DNA of 64,000 bases from Octopus vulgaris. Taxonomy: Eukaryota. The first letter of the stretch is position 1. Each line of letters starts with the position of its first letter. Where the stretch lies: NCBI GenBank assembly GCA_951406725.2, contig OX597814.1, positions 162,626,001 through 162,690,000 of the forward strand. The letters are read 5' to 3'. A model generated the notes under the pieces. It was given only the letters and a program-made list of their open reading frames with translations, had not been told where the DNA came from and searched no databases. The position numbers were made by a program, and so were the translations under genes. Shown one piece after another: positions 14,076 through 28,892 of the stretch.

Positions 14076-14338
14076 TATATATATAATAAGTATGTAAATG
14101 TATATATATATATTCAATAATTTGTTAAGTACATATACAAAATAAACAACAATTACATGCGTATACATATTCATACACACGCATGCACACACACAAACAC
14201 ACACACACAAACGTAAACACACATTCGGGCTTAGCGATGTACATATACCTGTATATCTGTATGCATGTTCCATTTTACCATATATACGAATGTTCGCACA
14301 CACGTATGAATGTGTATGTATGTATGTATGTATGTATG

Positions 14339-14390
<52 letters not shown>

Positions 14391-14795
14391 TATGTGAATG
14401 TTTTATAGCAAATTTAAGAATAACAATTGATAAATTACTAACAGTGAGACACAACACTAAATGTTGAGCGAAATTTGTTATAAGATTCATTTCGATTGGG
14501 ATTTTATGTTTCGCCTGAAAGCTTATGCAACCATTTTCATTCAAAATAAACCGTAAGGGAAAATCAAAAGACCTGGTAAAATGAATTTTTTAATACAACG
14601 GACGCAAACACATTTATTTGTTATAGTCAATGAGCTGCAACCTCGCTGAGAGACGAACTTTCAAAGTTTATTTGATCAAATTGCCCCTATAGTTATTTTC
14701 TAAGTCTTGTACATCGGTGTTTATATTTTGTTGCTGAACCGCCGAATGTTAATAAATATCTCTTATGTGTGTCTATGTGAACATACATGAATTAC

Positions 14796-14864
<69 letters not shown>

Positions 14865-15468
14865 TGCGATGATTTTTGTTCGGCTGCCTCGATTTTTATT
14901 AATCTGTAAATAATATTAATAGTGTTTTATAAGCTTAACGCTTATAAACGGTCAACATGCAATGGCTAATGAAAATAGTGGAATAATGGGGCATATAAGC
15001 CCTCGACGTATGTAAGTTTTCCTGCACGTCTATATGTATATAGATAGGTAGATAAATAGATACATACATACATACATACAAATATTTATATATAAACATA
15101 GATATCAATATATTTTAGTATGTATCTGTCTATATATACACGTGTGTGTGTGGGTATGTATATATGTGTGTGTGTGCGCGGGCACCTAGCAGTATCTAGG
15201 TTGCCTCTTGAGTGCACATACTTATATATGTATATATATATACACTAATACATACCAAAATATATTGATATCTATGTATATACATCAATATTTGTATATC
15301 AGTGTCTATATATCTTTCTCTCTCTATATATATAGTTATATATATATATATGTATGTTATATGTATATATAAGTTATATGTATATATGTTTGGATAAATA
15401 AATAGCTAAATTTATATATATATATGTATGTATACACACACACACACATGGATATACATAAATATTTG

Positions 15469-15516
<48 letters not shown>

Positions 15517-15696
15517 TATATATATATAAATATATAAATATGTACACACATATATATATATATATATATAAATATATACATATGTACACACACACATATA
15601 TATATATATATAAATATATACATATGTACACACACACATATATATATATATACATACATATATGTGTGTGTGTATATGGATACATAGATAAACATT

Positions 15697-15739
<43 letters not shown>

Positions 15740-15838
15740 TTAAAATGAGGGTGAAAAATTGGATATTAATTTGATTAACATCAATTTAAAACCAGTTGTC
15801 TAGCATATTAAAAACTACAATATGTAATACAATTTTCT

Positions 15839-15944
<106 letters not shown>

Positions 15945-16241
15945 GGCAAATAAGAGAAACTACATCAGCTGGTAGACATTCCAGTGTGTCTAATTATTCA
16001 AAAGTATTATAAAATATTAGAATAGCACATACACATGCAGTAACTATGTGTTACACGGTTAAGTATTAATTAATATTAACTATTTTTTACCCCCGCCCAT
16101 ATATGACTCAATTGTGAGATTGCCACGCAATAACCAGCATTTGGGTATGAATAATTGGGTACACTACCAGCAGTATATTGGATAGGTACTATTCCTATGT
16201 AGGTTGGCTTCCCAACGTCTAACTTTCACAGAAATACATAT

Positions 16242-16324
<83 letters not shown>

Positions 16325-16399
16325 CATGTACGTATGTACATATAAATGCATGTATGTAAGTGCATATGTATGTATGTCTGTATGTATGAATGTGTGTAT

Positions 16400-17640
16400 G
16401 CGGAGGAAGATGACACCTAATGATTTGCATAGCAGAGTCATCGTAAACTGCTACAAATGCAAAGGCGATGCCTTAGAGAGAACCAGCTATATAAGAATCA
16501 AACTACTGGATCGGATTATGAAGGTAAGAGAGTGAGTGAGAGAGAGAGAGAGAGAGAGGCGTGAGAGAGGGTGGGTGAGAGAGAGGGGCGTGAGAGAGGG
16601 TGGGTGAGAGAGAGAGAGAGAGAGTCAACACATAATTTATCTTTGACCGAGTAGACCTAGATGATGTGCAGTTTGTCCAGGAGAGATACCTCAAACGCAA
16701 TCGCCCAAGTGAGGCAACTGCAGGAAAAGTATTTGCTACGAATAAAGCATAATTCCTGGTTTTCGTTGATTGGGAGAAGGCCTTTGATAGCAAACCACAT
16801 TCAGTAACTTGGTGGGCAGTGATGAATCTGTATGTAATACGAATGACTTGTGAGGACTGTACAATCTACGTACTAAGATGCAGTCAGTGAAATGGGAATC
16901 GACAACAATTTCAGTGACAAATTTACAGCGATGTCATTAGTTCAGCAAGTTTCAGTCCTCACACCTCTCCAATTCAATGCGGACCTACGGTACTACCACA
17001 GAAAAGTTTAAAGGCTGGCTGTCTATGGGAACTTCTATATATTCTGATGATGTAGCTCTCGTAACTGAATCTATGGGAGAATTGGAGAGAAAATTCCAGA
17101 CATGGAAGCTGAACCTCTCAATCGACTGCTCTCAAGATAAACTTCGCAAAGACTAAGCTTTTTGTAAGTAAGAAGACAGGACCCTTCGGGGAACTGGTCT
17201 TGCTTGACGTGTAAGAAAAGAATATGTGTAAACAGCATACTCTGTAGCCAACGTGAGCTATGAACACACAAAAGATCTAGTGAAATTACATGCAGGCTAA
17301 CAGAGAAAGGAAGCTTCATATGTGACAGTTGCACATATGAAAAATATTCTCTTGAATGACTGAATGGCTGACAAGTCAATAGCTTTTGTTACTTAACAGA
17401 AGAGGCTGTTGCTCCGAAATTATAGTAGTCAGGGTAAACACATGTTGGAAAAAGTTCTGGGTGTTTCTACTGCAGCTGGGAACAAACGTCTTTTCCATCA
17501 GAGTGAAGGACAGACTGCATGGCGTATGTGCTTGAACTGCAATTTTGCATGGTAGTGACACAAGGGCTTTTGAATGTAGAGGACTTTAGCAGACTGGAAA
17601 GAAATGAAGCGAGCATGCTCCGTTGGATGTATAATATGTG
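16400..17640 (+). mobile_element. Degenerate RTE-clade LINE RT remnant
   Basis: [25 protein letters not shown] (~16440-16525), FVDWEKAFD (~16762-16788), an ELLY.DD-like motif (~17030-17052) and a C-terminal E.SMLRWM (~17605-17630). Many stops and frameshifts; an AG tract is inserted. Confidence 0.75.
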
Positions 17641-19793
17641 TATATATGAAGTAGTAAATAATGGATCTCTTCTAAAATGCGAGTAGCCATATTGTTCCTA
17701 TACAGTTAGAAACCTATTCTAGTCTGACCATTTCTACCATGCTTTAAAGTTTCATCTCTTAACATAAACCCCGCTCTCTCGGGTTCGTAGTCTCGCATGT
17801 TGGCCTCTTTACTAGTGATAGTGGTTCGAAAAAAAGTACTCAATTTACGCTGTAAAATGACTGACGTTAGGAAGAGAATCCAGCTGAAGAAACTATGTCA
17901 AAATAGAAAGTGGAATACAATGTAATCCTTGGCCTGTCGTGTTCTGACAAACCATCCAATCCATACAAGCATGGAATAATGGTGACGACGATGAACGAAT
18001 AATCGGGCATCGAATAATGATGATGATGATCATCATCATCTATTATATATGTACGGAGTAATAGATAATTTTGATACGTTTGTATGTCTACAACTTGAGT
18101 TACATACATTATATCATATCTTGATACTGTGTAGACTGGCTTCCCCTTTGACAGATATATTAAATAACGTGTTAAAAACACAGTATATAAATTAGTAGCG
18201 CCAATTCTCTCAAGTGGTTAAGGTCAAGCAACTGACAAGCAAAATCTGTGGTACTGATCAGAATATTTTCTATAACGATATTTCTGCCTCAGCACTTCGG
18301 CGCTGAATCTGTCTGAAATGTAATGGAAAATAGGTCAGTTTGAAAATATTGAAGTCCAGGTCACAAAAGCAAAGTTTGAAGGGGATAGTCATTTCCTTTG
18401 ATTTTTAGATAGAAGCAATTAGAAAATAAACCTTTATGGTTGCTGTGTGTGTGGGTGGGTGGGGTGTACGACTTGCTTCCCCACAATTATTGCGTACCAA
18501 ATTCACTCAAAAGGCATTTGATCGGCTCGGAGCTATAGTAGAAGTGGGATTGAACCCCAAGGCACGTGGCTGCCAGACAAACTTCTTAACCCCACAGCTT
18601 TGCTTAGACCTATATAATAGCAATTTACTCAAATACATATATGCACAGTGCAGAACACTGTATCTATTGTCTTAGTATCTCTGAAACAACTTTCTTTGCA
18701 TCACTGAAACAGCTGTAAAGGTTAACCTTGCAATTTCTTTTTTCCATCTATGATTTCAATATGATTTAAATATCCTTTGATATCTACCTATTTATGAAAG
18801 TCTACAACTTCATATTTACGCATATATTGAAAAAACGTTTCGTAAGTTTAAAATTTATTAATTATTTCAAAAATATCTTTAAAAGAAACACGAATGAAAC
18901 TAACCTTAAAAAGAAGTGCTCATATGTGAAGCGCTTTCGCCGTTTACAGGTTTTCAAACACACGTATTATTCTGTATTTTTGAAACATTTTTTTTATATA
19001 ATCACTAATTGTTAATTTTAAGAAAAGCTTTCTTGAAATATTTATCTATATTTGTGCAGGTGTTCACGCACACACACACACACTCATGCACACATACATC
19101 TATATATATTACATATATAGATATCCTCCGTCAATTTTGACAATGAGTAATCCCAGATGATTGATCAAGTGAACTACCCTTACTACATTTATGATCATGT
19201 AAGTGGCTAAACGATTATACCTCATAGACACGTGTATCCTTAACGTAATCCCCACGATCCCACAGCAACACTTTTCATGTCGCGTACAAACTACACAAGC
19301 GATGCTTGCCTGTTGTTAGCTACTTCGGTTAACAGTTAAACTACTTGTGGTGAGCCAACAAGATGAACTCCGCTCACACACACACTCTCTCTCTCTTTTT
19401 CTCTCTTCCTCATCATCTCAGATGATCTTCTGAGGTGTGCTGCAACACCTACCTACACGATCTGCTGGCACCACTTCTCCATACTCAGTATACGCGTGTG
19501 TGTGTGTGTGTGCATGCGCGCGGCGGAGCGGGTGTGTGCGTCTCTGTCTTTGAAAGTGAGTGAATGCTCTCATATATATGTGTGTGTGCATTTTATGCAT
19601 CTATGCATGTATGTATGTACACGTCTAAGAATCTATAATCAGAAAAAAATACGCCCTCTTATATTTGTCAATAGAGTAGGTATATTAATCAAAGTATACA
19701 GTAATATAGATCCGTTTCTGCTGATACTATCAATAGGTTATCCAATACTCAGTTTGGCAAGAACAGCTGAGCTGGACCTATAATACTTGTATA

Positions 19794-19886
<93 letters not shown>

Positions 19887-20014
19887 GTGTGTGTATGTGT
19901 GTGTACACATGCACACACATTCAATGTTGTTTATACAAAAAGAAGGCAACACAGAAGGAAAGTTTTAACAAACGTATTAGTTTAAAACTTGTCTGATTGT
20001 GTGTGAGTGAGTGA

Positions 20015-20056
<42 letters not shown>

Positions 20057-20955
20057 ATGAGTGTGAGTATGTGTTTGGACTCAAGCATGGCCAAGTCGTT
20101 AAGAAGTTTGCCTCGTAAATATGAAAATCCACATTTGATCCGGCATTCGTGGCTTGGGCAAGTGTCTTTTTTTACAAACCCTCCTGTCAGTGTAAATACA
20201 TAGACAGACACTGTCTGCAAGCCCTTCAGATAGCTTGTACCAGTCTTGTGACAGAATACCACACAGTGACCCGACATGAGAAAGACCTGCGTTGAAGATA
20301 AACGTGTGTGTCTGGAATATTGTATCCTCGTTTAGCGACCAGCAGTCTGAATAATCAAATATTTACCATACGGACCGACTGGGGATCCTTCAACATCTCT
20401 CTGCCTCGTCCTCGTTCTCTCCAATCACCTCACATAGACACACACATTCATAATATTTATGCATGTATGTATGCATGTGTGTGTGTGTTTTATCTTTATG
20501 TATGAATGTGTGAGTGTTTTATCTTTATGTATGAATGTGTGAGTGTTTTATCTTTATGTATGAATGTGTGAGTGTTTTATCTTTATGTATATATGTGTGT
20601 GGGGTTGTGTTTCAGTCCTTAGATTGCGGCCATACCGTGGTAATAGGGGTGGGTCGTTATTCCAACAAAACGAGCTTAGTACATTTTTTTAAAGCCTGGT
20701 GTCTATTCCGTCGGTCTTTTTGGCCGAACCGCTATGTTATGAGCATGAATGTATGTATGCATGTATGCATACATGCATGTATGCGTGTCTGTGTATGTGT
20801 TAGCCCTCTAATAACGCTTGGCAACCGGTGTGGTGTGCTTACGTCTTAGAGAGACCCACAGAATCAGTACCATGCTTAAAAATATTAAGTATTGGGGTCG
20901 TTTTGCTCGACTAAGCCCTTCATGGGTGCGTGCACTCCAGCATGGCCGTAATCCA

Positions 20956-20986
<31 letters not shown>

Positions 20987-20988
<2 letters not shown>

Positions 20989-21156
20989 CGTAGGAGTGGC
21001 TGTGTGGTAAGTAGCTTGCTTACCAACCACATGGTTCCGGGTTCAGTCCCATTGCGTGGCACCTTGGGCAAGTGTCTTCTACTATAGCTTCGGGCCGACC
21101 AAAGCCTTGTGAGTGGATTTGGTAGATAGAAACTGAAAGAAGCCTGTCGTATATAT

Positions 21157-21202
<46 letters not shown>

Positions 21203-21417
21203 ATATGTTAGTGTGTCTGTGTTTGTCCCCCTAGCATTGCTTGACAACCGATGCTGGTGTGTTTACGTCCCTGTCACTTAGCGGTTCGGCAAAAGAGACC
21301 GAAAGAGTAAGTACTAGGCTTACAAAGAATAAGTCCCGGGGTCGATTTGCTCGACTAAAGGCGGTGCTCCAGCATGGCCGCAGTCAAATGACTGAAACAA
21401 GTAAAAGAAAGAAAGAA
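20987..21417 (+). mobile_element. SINE family A, full length
   Basis: Matches 10059-10505. Confidence 0.9.
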
Positions 21418-21764
21418 TATATCACACACATTTACATATATACATGTGTATATATATATGTAAATGTGCGAGTGTTTTGTGAGTATGAGAGAGAGAGAGA
21501 GGCTGTGGGAGACAGACCAATAGTGTTTGTTTTATTTCTGTAAATGTGACAGTGTACTGAAAACACCTCGCCTATGTGTGTTTGACTGGCTGTCATGGCA
21601 AGCTTGTAAATATAGTTATTTCGCACACAGCCACGAAAGTTGAATGATTTGCTAGCTTTGACAAGCTGTGAGTTTCGACGCAATAAAACACACACACACA
21701 AACACAGAGCAACATTGACATCGTATGCATGCGTCTGTGCATGTATGCTTCTATCTATATATCT

Positions 21765-21985
21765 ATTTCTTTACTACCCACAAGGGGCTAAACACAGAGG
21801 GGACAAACAAGGACAGACAGACGAATTAAATCGATTATATCGACCCCACTGCGTAATTGGTACTTATTTAATCGACCCCGAAAGGATGAAAAGCAAAGTC
21901 GACATCGGCGGAATTTGAACTCAGAACGCAGCAGTAGGCAAAATACCGCTAAGCATTTCGCCCGGCGTGCTAACGTCTCTGCCGG
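21765..21985 (-). mobile_element. tRNA-derived SINE, family B (head ggcggcgagctggcagaatcgttagc)
   Basis: Shares gagttcaaattccgccgaggtcgactttgcctttcatcctttcggggtcgat with the copies at 27470, 29192, 38498 and 62028. Confidence 0.85.
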
Positions 21986-22827
21986 CGTAACTGTGGCTGT
22001 GTGGTGAGAACTCTGCTTTCCATCTAAAAGGTTCCAGGTTCATTCCCATTGCTTGGACCTTGGGCACGTGTCTTCCACTATGACCTTGGGGTATGTGTGT
22101 GTGTATGTGTATTTCTGTGTAACTATTTGGACTTTGGGCATATGTCTATTAATATCTCGATTAAAACACATTTATCGTTTGGGCTACCTGGTTATCTTTT
22201 TCTACACCAAGCACCTGAAGTGACAGAGCCTGCACTAATTGATGCAATGCAACCAGATGCACAATATCCTATCCACATCGGACAGATGTAGGATGGGTCG
22301 AAATGATCGTCGTGCTGAATAAAGATTCGTATTAAATCCATCTTCCATTTCCTTCATCAACTATATATGCGTGTATGTATGTGTGTGTGTGTGTGTCCCG
22401 CTGTCGCGCACTTTTGCTTGACAACCAGAAAGGGTTTGTTTACATCCACATAACCTAGCGGTTAGCCAAAACAGAGAGTTAGAATAAATATCAGACTTAA
22501 AAATAACAAGGGCTGGGATCCAAAGGGTGAAATGAATAAAAGAACATATTTACATGTGGTTAGGAAACTCAAATCCTTGTGAATTGGGGTATGATTTCCT
22601 TTGAGAAAAAGTCACCTACTTCAGTTTTTGGGTTGAACAGTACATACATACATACATAGACACACACACACACACCATAAACTTCGTATGAACACATACT
22701 GCTATCTATCTATCTATCTCTATATATATATCTGTGTGTGTCTGTCTATGCATGTATTATTCGCGTGTATGCTTATATATATATCGTATATATATATATA
22801 TATATATATAGTATTGTATATATACAT

Positions 22828-22901
<74 letters not shown>

Positions 22902-22904
22902 CAT

Positions 22905-22940
<36 letters not shown>

Positions 22941-23271
22941 GACAGGCACATGCATACATATACATACAGACATATGTACATATATAAACGTGTGAGCGTG
23001 CATATGTATGAGTGTGCATGCGTTTGTTAGGGTATATGAAATAACAGTATAAAACACACTGAGAAAATTTAACTTAGCCAAATCGATAGAGAATGATAAA
23101 ATAGCAGCAGACTAAACAGTAACGGGGTCGATTAAAACCTTCGAAACTATGCCTTAGAAGAATCCTGTGAAAATACACACAAACATATGTATATTAACAC
23201 AAACACACATACGCATATCTGTATATGTATATCTATCTATCAATCACTCTCTCTCTATATATATATATATC

Positions 23272-23412
23272 AGTTATTTCGACTGCGGACATGCTGGTGC
23301 ACCGCCTTTAGTAGCAACAAATCGCCCCCAGGACTTATTCTTTGTAAGCCTCGTACTTATTCTATCGGTCTCTTTTGCCGAGTCGCTAGCTTACGAGGAC
23401 GTAAACACACCA
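23272..23412 (-). mobile_element. SINE family A, 3' fragment
   Basis: gactgcggacatgctggtgcaccgccttta...gtaaacacacc. Confidence 0.7.
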
Positions 23413-23430
23413 TTAGGTGTCTTAGCAATT

Positions 23431-23574
23431 TATAAACGCCACTAAAGTGACAAGGGTACAAAGTGGTACCAGTATTGCTAGAAATAAGAGTTGTAGCTAA
23501 TGAGTCGTTTTGGCTCTTATTTCTAGCAATGGTGGTACCATGTGTCATACCTTGTCACTTTAGCGACGCTTATA
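23431..23574. mobile_element. Palindromic MITE-like foldback element
   Basis: ~60-bp imperfect inverted arms (ctaaagtgacaagg/ccttgtcactttag; attgctagaaataagag/ctcttatttctagcaat) with TA at both ends. Confidence 0.7.
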
Positions 23575-23800
23575 TATATATATATATTGTGGAAGCTGTT
23601 TATTATTATATTCATGCATAATGACATCAATCGGTTATTGCTATCACAATGAGTGGACTCCATAGAAGCGCGGGATATCGTTATAACTTTCGTTTCATCT
23701 GCTTAATGTTATCAGGCGGTTGTTATTTTGTAGAAGCTGCGTCCCAAAGTGATCATAAGCGGCTCCTAATGTACACATTCTCAGACAACACACACAAATA

Positions 23801-23867
<67 letters not shown>

Positions 23868-25026
23868 CTACGTATGTTTGTATTAACCTGGAAGATAAAA
23901 ACGATCGACCTAGGAATATAACAAAAGTCTAGCCGTGAGTAAAACTACAAGCAACGCAGCTGTTTACACACAGCGTATTCCCTGACCACCGATAATGTGT
24001 GCTATTTTTCTACATAGATTTCCTTCTCACAGCTTTTAGTAAATAAACTTAGAGCATCTTAAAACTCTCAATGGCAAGCATCTCCTAATCATGTCAATAC
24101 TATGCTGGACTGCCGATTGAAAGATCACGGTTTCGAATGTCATTCCCTGTACTTACACACTTCGCCCGTGGTCAACAACTATTTTATTTATTCATTTGTT
24201 TATATTATAACGTAGTTGGTAAAACAATAGTGTCGTGGGTTGCAGGTTTCCAGCAGGCTAATTACTGGTTCACAGTTTTAACGGCAAAGGTGGCAAGGGA
24301 GTGTTTGTAAGTTGCAGCGGAACAAATATCGCAAAGAACTTCGATCGGCAATTTTAATATTTTTTCCCATCGAATGTGACGGACTGCTACCCAGTTTCCA
24401 TTTACGAAATTCTGCTTACATTTATTAGTCAATATACTTCTATAAGTAAAACACACCTGTCGAAGGTGAGGATCAAAGGCGGAATCGCGTCGTTGTCATG
24501 CGAAATTCTTAATCACACAACCACAAGCCAAAGTTTCCCCCCCATTCCTCCCTCCAACTGTCATGTTACGTGTAAATGCTTGCGAATTTAAATTTTGTAA
24601 ATAGTACAATGTAAACAACATTAGCGTTGTATGGTTTAACCGGCCTTTTGGTTGAGTTCGCTGAGACTGCCATCTACAAAGAGAGGATGACCGAGAAAAT
24701 AACAATCACGAGTAAAAAAAAAGAAGCAAAGAAAGAAAAAAGAACGAGAAAAGAAACATGTTTCATTCAATCGTGTCCTAAGCTTCCCTCAAGACAAAAA
24801 CCTCCTTGTCAGGCCCTCAATTGGATGGAGAATATCTATGATCAAGGGTGTTTTAGTCATGACTATCACACGTCTTATTTTCGTCTACATATATCCATAC
24901 ATACAATGTTCCATTTTCATTTCATAAAAGTGTTCGAGAGGGAGGTTTCGTTGTCGTCCCTCACCGGTCGATCGATCGTGTTGAGGTCTCTTCGTTGTAA
25001 TAATAGAGATAAGATTAAAAAGAGTC

Positions 25027-25231
25027 GGAATATTGATGGTGTGGAAGTTGCTACCTCTAGTGGAATACTGATGTGGAAGTTACTAGATGTATGGATATTG
25101 TTGGCGTGGAAGCAGCAAGGTATGGTGGGCTATTGATGGTGTAGAAATGGCCAGCTCTTGTGGGATACTGATGACGTGGGAGTTGCTAACTCTTGTGGGA
25201 TGTTCATGACGTGGAAGTTGGAAGCTTTTGT
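25027..25231. repeat. Diverged ~35-bp minisatellite, six copies
   Basis: Consensus approximately gggatactgatgrygtggaagttgctaactcttgt. Confidence 0.75.
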
Positions 25232-26353
25232 AGCATATATCACCATAAATTACTGTGTACAGCTGAGCCAATGAAAGAAGTCACAATGAGGCTGCTCAAC
25301 TTGCTAAAAATAACAACCAAATATCTTTCAAATCATACAAGAAGATGGGTCATAGCAGGAACATTTTTGACCATACGTCTGCTCAGTCAAGACTTTCTTG
25401 GGGCTGAAATCATGCAGCAACTCTCTAAGAATTGGGTTCGGTACTGTGAACAAGCTGTAGTGAAGGTTATACCTATTTTTACAGTATTATGTTGTTCACT
25501 GCTCTACCACTGGAAAACATCAACTCTCTGCAAGTTTTATATATAGATATCAAAGGAGCTTCTTGGTAATTACTCGACCTGCTAGATATTACAACAAAAT
25601 CTCCCTCAATGAAATATATTGGATAATGTAGTCTTATAAATTCCAGTTTGAAAATACTTTTCTACTTTTCTTCCATCAATTTCGGAATCGCTGCATAAGA
25701 TCATGTGACTGCTTTTCATTCTAAGTGTAAAAAGGCAATGTTGAGGAGAATCCCAATGTAGATATTATTTGATCAGTCGCTGAGGGTGAGCGACTGATCA
25801 AAGCTAAAGTATTGTCTGTCCCTTGATAAGGAAACCTCGTCATTGTAATGTATTTTTGTCAATATTATTTACATGTGTTGGAACCATGAAAGGCTTGAAA
25901 TTGTGAGAGCTATCATTTGCAACGTTTGAAAATCTCAACTGAATATTGGAGAATGCAATATAAGGCTATTTCCTTGATATGTGTAAAGGTTCAAGGGGTC
26001 TTTTGTTTTGTCAATGAACGGGGTTTGGTCATCATGGTTCTATTGGGGAACGATTTTGGTGATCTATGCTCATCATGGTAGCAGCTCATGTCTAGCTGAG
26101 ATGCTTAATTTTGCATAAGGGGCAGACAGATAAGGAAAGAAAGATGGCGATTTCATCTCAGTAGAACAGCGAGAGGCTCAGCAATCATTCGTAGTAAATA
26201 GATGCAATAGTGTCGGCAACATAACTGAAAGGTCGGGTTGATAAAATTTAGGTCAGAATTCATTGACACAAGCGGCCTGTCAGACATGAAATTTCATAAA
26301 CAAGAAATGCAAGAAGATAAAGCGCGTTCATAGGTAACATAAGTTATCATGCT

Positions 26354-26744
26354 GATGGAAGCACTCCGTCGGTTACGACGATGAGGGTTCCAGTTGATCC
26401 GAATCAACGGAACAGCCTGCTCGTGAAATTAACGTGTAAGTGGCTGAGCACTCCACAGACACGTGCACCCTTAATGTAGTAGTTCTCAGGGATATTCAGT
26501 GTGGCACAGAGAGTGACAAGGCCGGCCCCTTGAAATACAGGTACAACAGGAACAGGAAGTAAGAATGGGAGAAAGCTGTGGTGAAAGAGTACAGCAGGGA
26601 TCACCACCATCCCCTGCCGGAGCCTCGTGGAGCTTTTAGGTGTTTTCGCTCAATAAACACTCACAACGCCCTGTCTGGGAATCGAAACCGCGATCCTATG
26701 ACCGCGAGTCCGCTGCCCTAACCACTGGGCCATTGCGCCTCCAC
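26354..26744 (-). mobile_element. tRNA-derived SINE (family C/D) with 13-bp target-site duplication
   Basis: Head gtggaggcgcaatggcccagtggttagggcagcgg...ggtttcgattccc. TSD aagttatcatgct at 26341-26353 and 26745-26757. The 3' body is shared with 59057-59376. Confidence 0.9.
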
Positions 26745-26879
26745 AAGTTATCATGCTAGATTCTATATGTACGGGAGAGATTGAACCAGATATTAAGTTT
26801 GTTCTTCTCTTTTGCCACCAAGTCATAATATTGGTTTCAAATTTTAGCACAAGTGATTTGGTGGTGGGGGGGGGGGGGC

Positions 26880-27050
26880 ATAAGTCGTTTACATCAATCC
26901 TAGTGCCCAACTGGTACGTGTTTCATCGACTCCGAAAGGATGAAAGGCAAAATCGACTTCGGCGAAATTATAACTCAGAACGTAAAGACGGACGAAATGC
27001 CGTTAAGTATTTTGCCCGGAGCAGTTACGATTCTGCCAGCTCGCCATCTT
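26880..27050 (-). mobile_element. SINE family B, diverged
   Basis: ccgaaaggatgaaaggcaaaatcgac...ctgccagctcgcc. Confidence 0.7.
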
Positions 27051-27469
27051 AACTCAAGGACATCATATTAGCCAATTTAATTTTTCCTTAGTAATAATGA
27101 GTTTTCTAAAAATTCTTTAACCTGTGTAAGTTGGAAACCAATAGATATTTAACTTAGAACTTAATTTAAAGCAGCGAATCACTAAGTGGTCCGTTAGAAA
27201 CCTATAACCAACAACGCTATAGTTCACCAATTACAATACTAAATAAATAAATAAAATCTGTTTAACTACCCTATCTGGGAATTGAAACAAAAAGGTAGGT
27301 TGCGAACCTAGTTTACTCGCGAATACGATATATGTTACTACGCCAATTTACACTGGTAAAGGTAAAATGCTGCAAATTTGCACAAGAGAGATATTCAACA
27401 GATTGAATTAGATCAAGTACAATCTTTCCTAGTCTAGGCACAAGGCCCGACATTTTGGGGGAGGTTCGA

Positions 27470-27817
27470 TTAGATCGACCCCAGTACGCAAATGGTACTT
27501 AATTTATCGACCTCGAAAGGATGAAAGGCAAAGTCGACCTCGGCGGAATTTGAATTAGAACGTAACAGCAAACGAAATACCTATTTCTTTATTACCCACA
27601 AGGGGCTAAACATAGAAGGGACAAACAAGGACAGACATAGGTATTAAGTCGATTACATCGACCCCAGTCAGTGCGTAACTGGTACTTAATTTATCGACCC
27701 CGAAAGGATGAAAGGTAAAGTCAACCTCGGCGGAATTTGAACTCACAACGTAACGGCAGACGAAATACTGCTAAGCATTTCGCCCGATGTGCTAACGTTT
27801 CTACCAGCTCTCCGCCT
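27470..27817 (-). mobile_element. SINE family B, tandem partial dimer
   Basis: Two consecutive gaaaggatgaaagg.aaagtc.acctcggcggaatttgaa blocks. Confidence 0.85.
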
Positions 27818-28459
27818 TAGCCCAAGTACAATCTGAACGGCTACTAAATTCATCGAGCACCAAAGAGGCGAAAAGTTTAAGTCAACTCAGGCCAAGTTTG
27901 AACTCTGTACGTGGCAGGAGAAACATAGAAACACTGTAAAACATTTGGTACAATGCTGTAATTTTTGTCTCTCCAACTATAGTCTTCAATTCTTGTTGCT
28001 AATGATTTCTCACACCAGTACAAAGTTATAGATTTATAAGGGAATGGTGTCATCCCTGGGGCATTGAAAAGCGAATTCAACTAGCCTGTATTCGAACTCA
28101 GATAATGGTGAGACAAAATAATTAACTCAACGCTTAACCCTTTCTGTCTATATATCCCACGCCTAAAATATTACTTTAATTTGTGGTTGTTTAATCTCTA
28201 TGTAAATCAGTTGACCTACATTCATAGGAGCTCACTCCATCTATGACCATCTCGACATTTTTAGCCGTATTTAAGGCTACTTTACACAATCTGTCTTGTT
28301 CTATATAATGCAGTACGTTTTATATATCCCGTGATTGAGGGAAATATAGCTGACATTTCTAGCGGATTAAGCAACCGCATAGACGCTCCCTCGAGAATGC
28401 GAATGATGACAACGACGATGGTGGCGCCGATGATGATGAGGGGATTATTATTAGTAGTA

Positions 28460-28628
28460 GGCAGTGAGCTGGCAGAATCGATAAGCACGCCGGATAGAAT
28501 GCTTAGCAACATTTCGTCCGTCTTTACGCTCTGGGTTCAAATACCGCCGAGGTCGACTTTGCCTTTCATCCTTTCGAGATCGATTAAATAAGTACCAGCT
28601 ATGCACTGGATCGATGTAATCGACTACT
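28460..28628 (+). mobile_element. SINE family B
   Basis: ggcagtgagctggcagaatcg...gatgtaatcgact. Confidence 0.8.
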
Positions 28629-28860
28629 CCGCTCCCCACACTCAAAATTTTCAGAGTAGAAATGATAATTATTATAATTATTATTATTTATGAAAGAGAT
28701 TTGACTGTTATTTCTAGCGGGTCGAAAGGTAGAGACAGCCGGGCATGGTGGACGGACTTTGTCGATGTGCGATAGACGTTGTTCAAAGTATATCTTCTGG
28801 TCGTGTAATAAATACATCCTAACATAGTGTTTAAGAGGCTAATGAGGTTACTGCTGCTGC

Positions 28861-28892
<32 letters not shown>

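Noticed and set aside
26680-26744. tRNA genes at SINE heads (also 43275-43349, 59057-59125)
   Set aside because: The A/B boxes run directly into SINE bodies, two with clear TSDs, and no proper acceptor stem is visible.
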